This document shows, piece by piece, positions 30,139 through 37,826 of a DNA stretch of 61,726 nucleotides (its first letter is position 1; the number at the start of each line of letters is the position of its first letter). The DNA is taken from assembly GCA_017453505.1 (NCBI GenBank), contig JAFTEU010000070.1:1-61726 (forward strand). The letters run 5' to 3'. The notes below the pieces were generated by a model that made no database searches, was not told the DNA's origin, and was given only the letters and a program-made list of their open reading frames with translations. The DNA is from Muribaculaceae bacterium (GTDB lineage: Bacteria; Bacteroidota; Bacteroidia; Bacteroidales; Muribaculaceae). Both the position numbers and the translations under genes were made by a program.

Positions 30139-31176
30139 ATGAGAAAGTTTCTTATCAAGATATCATATACCGTCCTGCCGGTGTGGCTGTTCTTCGTGGG
30201 AATGGCGACTTACTTGTGGGTGACCGATGACAATGCCGGTGACCTCATGCGCTTGGGGCTGATCAACAGTGGCCCTGGTTATACCGACTCCATCCGTGAC
30301 ATCATTTTCCAGCAGATTTATTACACGGGTCAAGAGGAGGATAGTCTGATGAGGGCTGACACTGCCGATGTCGTCGTTATCGGTGACTCGTTCTCTCACG
30401 GCGGTGGAGTGGGCAAGGAAGGTGACTATGTCAACTATCTGGCACATGACAGCGGCCGCAAGGTGGTCGTCTTCACGCCGATGGATCCTGCCATTGCCAA
30501 TCCCATGCAGGTGGCCTATGATGCCATGAAACTGGGTGTGCTGGACTCGGTCAATGCCCCCAACCTGGTCATCCAGGAGGGCGAGCGCTACCTTGTGACC
30601 CGTCACAGCCAGTTTGTCACTACCGACACCGTGGTGCCGCACTCAGCGCCGCGCAAGGCCGCTGCCGATGGCGGCGCAAAGCAGGAGGCAAGCCCCCTGT
30701 TGCGTGTCAAGGACTACTTCTTCTACCATCTCTTCGGTGCCAATCCCATCTACAAGGAGCGCTTGAACCGTCCGATGTTCACTGGTGGTGAGCCTGACCA
30801 GCTCTATTTCTACAACGAGGATGTCAAGTACGGCTTTGACATCACCCCTCAGCAGCAACGTGAGATTGTGGACTGCTTCAACCAGGTGATCGCTATGGCG
30901 CGCGAAAAGGGTATCAACCTCATCATTATCGTCGCCTGCGACAAGTATGACCTCTATCAGGACTATATCGTTGACAACCCCTATCCCCGCAAGACCCTGG
31001 TCGAAGACGTGGAGCGCTGGATGGCCCCGCAAGGTGACCGTTTTGTGTATGCCAAGCGCGTCTTGCTCCCTTGTGTCGAGCGTGGAGACAAGGACGTGTT
31101 CCTGTTCAACGACACGCACTGGTCGCCTGTCTCGTCGGGGCTGATTGCCGCCGAGGTGATCAAGAAACTCAAGTAG
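30139..31176 (+). CDS. SGNH-fold O-acetyltransferase partner (AlgJ/AlgX/PatB-like)
   Basis: N-terminal TM, VIGDSFS and DTHWS motifs, directly after MBOAT gene. Confidence 0.75.
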   Translation: MRKFLIKISYTVLPVWLFFVGMATYLWVTDDNAGDLMRLGLINSGPGYTDSIRDIIFQQIYYTGQEEDSLMRADTADVVVIGDSFSHGGGVGKEGDYVNYLAHDSGRKVVVFTPMDPAIANPMQVAYDAMKLGVLDSVNAPNLVIQEGERYLVTRHSQFVTTDTVVPHSAPRKAAADGGAKQEASPLLRVKDYFFYHLFGANPIYKERLNRPMFTGGEPDQLYFYNEDVKYGFDITPQQQREIVDCFNQVIAMAREKGINLIIIVACDKYDLYQDYIVDNPYPRKTLVEDVERWMAPQGDRFVYAKRVLLPCVERGDKDVFLFNDTHWSPVSSGLIAAEVIKKLK

Positions 31177-31182
31177 TGCCCC

Positions 31183-31641
31183 ATGGACCTCAATTCTCCA
31201 GAATTCTACACGCTCGCCTTTGTCGTGGCGATGGCACTCGTCGGCCTGTTGATGGGGCGTGTGGAGAAGAAGCCTCCCAGCACCTATATCGTTCCTCTCA
31301 CCACCGCTCCTGGTGACGGGGACAGTGACGACATCGTGCGGATGGAGGTCACCGATGGCGGCAAGGTGCGCGTGGATCGCGCAGGCCTCTCTCTGGGCGC
31401 AGAGGAGACCGTTAATCTCGTCATCACCATCCAGGAGGACAAGTGTACCATCATCGAGAAGAAAGGCCTCAGGAAGCGCCATGTCGTTCCACAGCTGGTC
31501 ACCGGGCAGGCCGTGCTCAAGTGCTTCAAGCCTGGTGGCAAGTACCGCGTGCGCTACGAGAGCCAGCTCACCAGCGCATGGGCCACATTCACCCTTGACA
31601 CGTCATCGGCCGACCCCAAGCAGGTCACCCTGCGCTATTAG
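31183..31641 (+). CDS. Hypothetical protein with N-terminal TM anchor
   Basis: Operonic spacing of 6 nt, host-like codon usage, FYTLAFVVAMALVGLL. Confidence 0.7.
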   Translation: MDLNSPEFYTLAFVVAMALVGLLMGRVEKKPPSTYIVPLTTAPGDGDSDDIVRMEVTDGGKVRVDRAGLSLGAEETVNLVITIQEDKCTIIEKKGLRKRHVVPQLVTGQAVLKCFKPGGKYRVRYESQLTSAWATFTLDTSSADPKQVTLRY

Positions 31642-31727
31642 TCGGTAAACTCTGTGCCTGCGGTACACAATTTAATGGCCCGTGTTACGTTTATTAATTA
31701 CTAGAGTAATTGAACATTATATAGATC

Positions 31728-34037
31728 ATGAAGAAGATATTATGGCTGTTTGCGGCGATGGCATCGTTGTGTGCTGGTGCACAGAACGCTGTCGGCGACT
31801 GGTTGATCCACACGTCCTTTATCGGCACCGATGTGCCCATCGTGATTGAGTCCCATGAGTGGGTCTATTATCAGTCGGGTAGTTGCCTCTTCCGCCTGGA
31901 CAAGGCCACTGGCGAGAATGAGGCGATGAGCATGGTGGGCGACTTGAGTGATATGGGTGTCTCAAGGGTGTACTATAACAGCGACAAGGACTATGTCGTC
32001 GTCGTGTACACCAATTCCAACATTGACATCATCCGCAGCGATGGCTCGGTTGTCAATATGCCCGAGGTCAAGGATGCTGTCATGACATCCAGCAAGACCA
32101 TCAACGACGTGACCTTTGCCTCGGGGCTCATCTATCTGGCCACCGACTTCGGCTACGTCGTCATTGATGATGCCAAGATGGTTGTCAAGGAGTCGCACAT
32201 CTACCGCACGCCGCTCACCTCGGTGGCCCAGGTCGGCGCGATGCTCCTCATCTCTACGCCCGGTGCCTTCTACTATGGCCCCGTCGGCGAGTACCACGAG
32301 CAAATCTCCTCGTTCGCCATAGTAGCAGACCTTGAGCCCAACTGCCGCATCGTGCCCATCGACGACCACCGTTTCTTCTGTGTGAGTACCAAGACCGATG
32401 TCTCTACCATGACAGTGGATGACGACGGCGAGGTCACCTTCGACATCGCGCCGTTCATTTCGGCCGAGAGTACATCCATCCAGCGCACCCGTGGCGGCGG
32501 CTACCTCTTCAATGTGCCTGACAAGGACAAGTATTATACTTGTGACGCCAACCTGCAGGGTCTCACCGGTGTGGATCTGCCTGGCGAGGTGTGCAGCAGT
32601 AGCCCCGATGGCGATGGCACCGTCTGGGCCGCCGGTCCCAATGGTCTGCATCAGCTGGGCAGCGAGAATTATTATCTTCCCAATGCGATGACGTTTGATA
32701 AGCCTTTCTGGATGACCTACAACAAGGTTCAGGGCAACCTCTATGTCTCGACCCCCACGGCCAATGCCTTCTTCCAGGTCGAGGTGCCCACCCAGGTCAA
32801 CACCTATGACGGCATGAAGTGGACCGATGTCACCCCTGAGGATGCTCCTTCGCACGGCTCTTACTGGCTGGAGTTCCTGCCCGATGACCCCGATACCTAC
32901 CTGATGGGCACCTGGCGTGACGGCTTGTTGCGTGTCCAGAACGGCAAGATCACGATGACCTATAACACGACCAACAGCCCCATCGCCAAGCTCTGGGCGA
33001 TGCATCCCATCACGAGCATTGACCGTAACGGCAACCTCTGGGTAGTGCAGTCGCTGGAGAACAAGGAGCATCCCGTTATGGTCCTGCCCGCCTCCAAGGT
33101 CCTGCTCGACAACACGACAGCCAGCGACTGGGTGACACCCACTATCGATGGCATCAGCACGGGTAAAACCCAGCGTGCCAGTTTCATCTCCACCAAGGTG
33201 AACTCCAGCGATATCAAAGTCTTCACCGACGGCGACTTCCAGGCTCCCATCTTCTTCTGGAACTCCAACGACGCTGTCAGCTCGTCGCGTCCCCAGCAGG
33301 CCTCCTACGACCGCTTCAGCGACCAGGACGGCGAGACCGTCTCGTGGACCTATGTCATGTGCCTCACCGAGGACTTGAGCGGCAACGTGTGGGTGGGCAG
33401 CACCGAGGGCATCTTCATGCTCAATCCCGCGGCGGCTGTCGGCGGTGCTTCCTTCAACGTCGTGCGGCCCAAGGTGCCCCGCTCGGACGGCACTGGCCTG
33501 GCCGACCGCCTGATGGACGGTATCCAGGTCAACGATGTCGCCGTCGATGGCGCTAACCGCAAGTGGATCGCCACCAACTCGGCGGGCCTCTTCCTCGTCA
33601 GCCCCAGCGGAGACCAGATCATCCAGAAGTTCAACACCTCTAACAGCCCGCTGGCTTCTAACACGATCTATCGTGTGTGCTGCAATCCCACCAATAACTC
33701 GGTCTATGTCGCCACGCCTGCGGGACTGTATGAGTACTTCAGTGACTCCAGCCCGGCGGAATCCACCTATGACGACATCTATGCCTACCCCAATCCCGTG
33801 CGTCCTGACTATGGCAACAACGTGACCATCATGGGCCTCATGGAGGGTTCCTTGGTCAAGATCGCTGATGCCGGCGGCAATGTCATCCGTCAGCTCAAGT
33901 CCACGGGTGGCATGACCACATGGGACTGCTGCGACCAGTATGGCAACGAGGTCAAGACGGGTGTCTATTTCGTCATCTGCTCCCGTACCGGCGGCGGTAG
34001 CGAGTCGGTCGTCACCAAGATCGCCGTCATCCGCTGA
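31728..34037 (+). CDS. porZ: PorZ-like T9SS beta-propeller protein, paralog 2
   Basis: Signal peptide, VGDWLIH, VYTNSNIDII, VDGANRKWIAT, IYAYPNPVRPDY...TGVYFV...TKIAVIR. Confidence 0.85.
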   Translation: MKKILWLFAAMASLCAGAQNAVGDWLIHTSFIGTDVPIVIESHEWVYYQSGSCLFRLDKATGENEAMSMVGDLSDMGVSRVYYNSDKDYVVVVYTNSNIDIIRSDGSVVNMPEVKDAVMTSSKTINDVTFASGLIYLATDFGYVVIDDAKMVVKESHIYRTPLTSVAQVGAMLLISTPGAFYYGPVGEYHEQISSFAIVADLEPNCRIVPIDDHRFFCVSTKTDVSTMTVDDDGEVTFDIAPFISAESTSIQRTRGGGYLFNVPDKDKYYTCDANLQGLTGVDLPGEVCSSSPDGDGTVWAAGPNGLHQLGSENYYLPNAMTFDKPFWMTYNKVQGNLYVSTPTANAFFQVEVPTQVNTYDGMKWTDVTPEDAPSHGSYWLEFLPDDPDTYLMGTWRDGLLRVQNGKITMTYNTTNSPIAKLWAMHPITSIDRNGNLWVVQSLENKEHPVMVLPASKVLLDNTTASDWVTPTIDGISTGKTQRASFISTKVNSSDIKVFTDGDFQAPIFFWNSNDAVSSSRPQQASYDRFSDQDGETVSWTYVMCLTEDLSGNVWVGSTEGIFMLNPAAAVGGASFNVVRPKVPRSDGTGLADRLMDGIQVNDVAVDGANRKWIATNSAGLFLVSPSGDQIIQKFNTSNSPLASNTIYRVCCNPTNNSVYVATPAGLYEYFSDSSPAESTYDDIYAYPNPVRPDYGNNVTIMGLMEGSLVKIADAGGNVIRQLKSTGGMTTWDCCDQYGNEVKTGVYFVICSRTGGGSESVVTKIAVIR

Positions 34038-34212
34038 TCGTTGCCCACGGCATTCTCATACTATTGAAAATGACTTAAAGAGTCCGATGATACCTACCTT
34101 ATAGCCGGGGAAACCCTGCACGAAATTATCAACCTCAAACAAAAGGAAAAATGTAACAAAAGTACCAAACAGCTAATTAATTAACGTGTTTAACCTAAAA
34201 TTGAATTGGAAA

Positions 34213-35718
34213 ATGAAAAGGATTTTGATTTTAGCTATGTTGGTACTGCTGGGCATGACCCAGCTGGCGGCGCAGGACTACGAGTACGTTCCGTTCGTTC
34301 GTGAGGGCGTGAAGTGGGTGTGTTATTCTCACAAGAGGGTAATCAATAATGTGACCGAGCATTATTTCACGCTTGAATTTAAGGGAGATACCATTATTGG
34401 TGACCGAAGCTATAAGGCGATGCATAAATACAGCGGTGAATCGATTAATTGGGACAGCGACACCATTCCTGTCTATCTGCGTGAAGAGGGGCGTGTCGTT
34501 TACGGGATTGTTCCTGAAGGACGGACTTACGATGATTGCCCGATCGGAATTGATACCGACGCTGCGATGGCAGCCAAAATAAAATCTGGAGAGGAATTTG
34601 TCCTGTATGATTTCAATGACCCAGTCAACTTTATCAACGGACTGATTGTCAATCCAGTTGAATATCTTCACCACCGAGTGAAACCGCAAACGATAATGGT
34701 CAACGGCAAGCCAACCCGCCGCTATGTGTTCAGTAATGGCCCTGAAGATTTCTGTTTCATTGAGGGTATCGGTTGTGACGGCTTGCGCCATGGCTATCCG
34801 CTTGCCTACCAACTATATGAATCAGTTCAATATCGTTTGAGCCATGTCATTGAAGGCGGCGAGACGATATATCGCTCAGAGAAGTTCAAGATCAATGAGA
34901 ATGACGAGTATCTTCCCGTGGCGCGAGAGGGTGTGAAATGGGTGAATGAACGGGTAACGGTCTCCCAGGGGGATACGACCCGGTATTATTACTGCTATGA
35001 GATCAAAGGCAAGTCTCAAGAGAACGAGCGCTATGATTGCCATTATGTCAAGTGCAGTGACAATGACGATTGCCAGGATGGTGTCATAGCCGAATTCCTT
35101 GACTCACCTATGGATCCTGTGGTGACCACCTACTACAACAAGGCTTTGGAAAAAGTGATGAAGGATGGTCGCTGCATGATGGGGTTCCCGTCGGGCTTGT
35201 CGTATGTCAGGCAGATATACAGCTTCCTGAATGCCGGTGCATCAGTTCTAAGCCCATACAATACGGCCAATTTCTACATTCAGGAGCAACTGGATGACAT
35301 GTTTACTCTTGACAATCTGGTGGAAGTGGATCCCATCAATATAGATGGAGTAACCTGCACGCGCTATGCCTATATCAATGAGCAAGGTGACGCAGAGTGC
35401 TATATCGTTGAGGGTATCGGCTTTGACAGTCGTGACATGGGTGACTTGTTGACACCGTTCACCAGCGCACCGGATCACGATGCTGACCATCAGGAGTGGT
35501 GTGGCCTGAGCCATGTGGTCAAGGACGGCAAGATCATCTACAAGGGCATGCGCTACCGCGAGGGTACCCATGTGGGTATCGACGAGGTGGCGGCCGACCG
35601 CGCTGTGCGTCCCGTTGACGGCAACTACTACAACCTGATGGGCCAGCCCGTGGGCACCGAGGTGCCCAGCGTGCCCGGCATCTACATCCACCAGGGCAAG
35701 AAGATCCTCGTGAGATAG
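34213..35718 (+). CDS. Secreted protein with two tandem copies of an unknown domain and a T9SS-type C-terminal signal
   Basis: Signal peptide; Y.P..REGVKWV, EGIG.D and LSHV...G..IY each occur twice; tail YYNLMGQ...PGIYIHQGKKILVR. Confidence 0.75.
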   Translation: MKRILILAMLVLLGMTQLAAQDYEYVPFVREGVKWVCYSHKRVINNVTEHYFTLEFKGDTIIGDRSYKAMHKYSGESINWDSDTIPVYLREEGRVVYGIVPEGRTYDDCPIGIDTDAAMAAKIKSGEEFVLYDFNDPVNFINGLIVNPVEYLHHRVKPQTIMVNGKPTRRYVFSNGPEDFCFIEGIGCDGLRHGYPLAYQLYESVQYRLSHVIEGGETIYRSEKFKINENDEYLPVAREGVKWVNERVTVSQGDTTRYYYCYEIKGKSQENERYDCHYVKCSDNDDCQDGVIAEFLDSPMDPVVTTYYNKALEKVMKDGRCMMGFPSGLSYVRQIYSFLNAGASVLSPYNTANFYIQEQLDDMFTLDNLVEVDPINIDGVTCTRYAYINEQGDAECYIVEGIGFDSRDMGDLLTPFTSAPDHDADHQEWCGLSHVVKDGKIIYKGMRYREGTHVGIDEVAADRAVRPVDGNYYNLMGQPVGTEVPSVPGIYIHQGKKILVR

Positions 35719-35747
35719 CGCACTAGAGCGATCACCAATCCAATGTG

Positions 35748-36038
35748 AATTAGAAATTAGAAATTAGGAATTGGCATCCGCATTCTGACAACTGACAACT
35801 TTTTTCAAACAACTGAATCATCTGATATTTCTGATGGCATCCGCCGACTGCTACAACCCAAACGGGCCTCACGCAAAGTCGCAAAGCTATTGTTATTGCG
35901 AGCACTTGCGAGCAACACTTTAAAACTTCGCGGCTTCGCGACTTCGCGTGAGGCCATCCGCTGACAACTGACAACTGAAAAACTTTGCGTCTTTGCGTGA
36001 GGCCCACCCGCTGGCAACTGACGACTGATTTCACTGAT
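35748..36038. repeat. Composite intergenic repeat region (short tandem repeats, palindromes, ~50-bp imperfect direct repeat)
   Basis: AATTAGA x3; CTGACAA repeats; GGCCTCACGCAAAG.CGCAAAG vs CTTCGCG.CTTCGCGTGAGGCC; CA(T/C)CCGC x4. Confidence 0.8.
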
Positions 36039-36261
36039 GCTACCATTTTCGGTAAATTCTGATTGTGGTTTTTACATTTTGTTGCGAATTATTTGCAGAT
36101 TCTAAGGATAAAGACTTATTTTGCGAAAAACTGAAATTTCGGATTTTCCGCACTAGAGAAAAACTGAGTTCTAACTCCTCCTGGATAGAGGGTGATGAGC
36201 CAATCAGTGAGCAAGTTATATACTGTATAAACTTTTATTTATTATTTAAAATCTAAACATT

Positions 36262-36753
36262 ATGATGAGAAAAATTGCATTCACATTAATCATGCTGGTG
36301 ACGGTGCTGCTCACGTCGTGCGGCACGAGTAACGGATTGACCAAGGCCGAGCGCGAGGCTGCTGTGACGCGACAGGTGCAGGAGGGTCTCGACACCCGCC
36401 ACTACACCATTGCCGTGGACTGGATGAAGCCCCTGGGTGGCATGGCGCGTCACGTGAGCTCCAACTATGAGCTCAAGGTGGCTGGAGAGACTGTGGACAG
36501 CTACCTTCCCTACATCGGGGAGGCCTACCGTCTGCCCTATGGCGGCGGCAAGGGCTTGAACTTCAAGGGCAAGATAGAGAACTACACCATCACCTATCCC
36601 ACCAGCAACCGGTCGCACATCGAGTTCACGGTCAACAATGGTGAGGACGTTTACCACTTCCGCATCGACGTGTTCAACAACGGCAAGTCGATCATCGATG
36701 TCATTGCCCAAGACCGTGATGCCGTCTCGTTTGACGGCGAGATGATCTTCTAG
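36262..36753 (+). CDS. DUF4251-like lipoprotein, paralog 1
   Basis: Lipobox LTSC; SYLPYIG.AY..PYGGG.GLNF; RDAVSFDG. Confidence 0.8.
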   Translation: MMRKIAFTLIMLVTVLLTSCGTSNGLTKAEREAAVTRQVQEGLDTRHYTIAVDWMKPLGGMARHVSSNYELKVAGETVDSYLPYIGEAYRLPYGGGKGLNFKGKIENYTITYPTSNRSHIEFTVNNGEDVYHFRIDVFNNGKSIIDVIAQDRDAVSFDGEMIF

Positions 36754-36801
36754 TGGGCACCAACTGGAAATGGCGGTTTTTTTAGGGGCGGTGCCGATTA
36801 A

Positions 36802-36978
36802 GGGGACTTCTTTAAATTACCGAAATGTTCATATTTTCTGTTGGTTGTATTTTGTTTCTTTTCGGCATCTTTTGTCTTATCTTCTTGGACCATAGCTCGC
36901 TATGCTCCTGCGAGGCTAAACCAAAATCTACTCGAAAACAAATCAAAATCCAAATCAAGCTAATTTCAAGAAATCCCC
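36802..36978 (+). mobile_element. MITE copy A (177 bp), TTAA target duplication
   Basis: Ends GGGGACTTCT / AGAAATCCCC; TTAA at 36798-36801 and 36979-36982; homologous to 51391-51636 in reverse. Confidence 0.8.
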
Positions 36979-37119
36979 TTAAACTTAATGTTGAGTTTGG
37001 AGTCTATGTTATAGTAGATGAGTTCAACTGAACAGATGATTCTGGAATAATTAATTTCAAACATTAACCTTAGGCGACTTCTTGTGATAGAAGCTCCCCT
37101 CTAAAAAAAACGAAATCTA

Positions 37120-37620
37120 GTGATGAAAAAGATTTTCATGATGTCGATGACTGCATTGCTGCTGATCGTGATGGCGGCATGCAGCTCCGGGAACAAGGTG
37201 GTTGACACCCAGCGTGCCGAGGCGATTCATGCGTTGCTCGAGTCGCGTCAGTTTGTCGTGATGGTGGGCTCGATGCGTCCGCTGTCGGCCCCCACCATGA
37301 GTGTGAGCCAGGGCCAGAAGATGATCTTGCGCGACGGCATGGTGACCTGTTATCTCCCCTATGCGGGGTCGGGTCAGAACGTGGGCTACGGTGCCAGCGG
37401 CTACAAGGCGCTCAACTTCTCGAGCGCGCTGCTCGACTACAAGGTGGAGTACCCGAAGCCTGACCGCGCGCGTGTGACCTTCAGGGTCGATAATGGTGAC
37501 GATAACTACCGCTTCCACGTCGAGGTGTTCATGAACGGCAAGACCACCATCGACGTTGACCCGCGCGGCCGCGACGCCATCTCCTACAGCGGCATGATCC
37601 ACGGCCTGGACGTGCTGTAG
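37120..37620 (+). CDS. DUF4251-like lipoprotein, paralog 2
   Basis: Lipobox AAC; YLPYAG; F.V.NG.D.Y.F...VF.NGK..IDV...RDAIS shared with paralog 1. Confidence 0.8.
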   Translation: MMKKIFMMSMTALLLIVMAACSSGNKVVDTQRAEAIHALLESRQFVVMVGSMRPLSAPTMSVSQGQKMILRDGMVTCYLPYAGSGQNVGYGASGYKALNFSSALLDYKVEYPKPDRARVTFRVDNGDDNYRFHVEVFMNGKTTIDVDPRGRDAISYSGMIHGLDVL

Positions 37621-37627
37621 ATTTTGT

Positions 37628-37649
37628 TCAAGTCACTGTTGTGACTTGA
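37628..37649. terminator. Perfect 9-bp hairpin between convergent genes
   Basis: TCAAGTCAC-TGTT-GTGACTTGA. Confidence 0.6.
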
Positions 37650-37650
37650 G

Positions 37651-37820
37651 GTGTATGGTGTATGGGGTGTATGGGTGTATGGTGTATAGTGTATAGGGTG
37701 TATAGTGTATAGGGAACATGGGGTACATGGGGGGTGAAGATTGCCTGTTCCCTGTGATCGAGGGATTCTATTAGTCCTAATTAGTTCTATACACCCATAC
37801 ACCTATACACCCTATACACC
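37651..37820. repeat. Inverted pair of GTGTAT/ATACAC tandem-repeat tracts
   Basis: 8 GTGTAT units at 37651-37710 and 4 ATACAC units at 37787-37820. Confidence 0.85.
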
Positions 37821-37826
37821 ATTAAA

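Noticed and set aside
34072-34130. Hammerhead-like CCGATGA...CGAAA
   Set aside because: Core is not CUGANGA, and no stem III or cleavage triplet pairing could be built.
34213-35718. Diversity-generating retroelement target
   Set aside because: No reverse transcriptase and no TR/VR pair differing at adenines was seen.
35748-37820. CRISPR array in the repeat-rich spacers
   Set aside because: No constant 23-47-bp repeat with regular unique spacers, and no cas genes.
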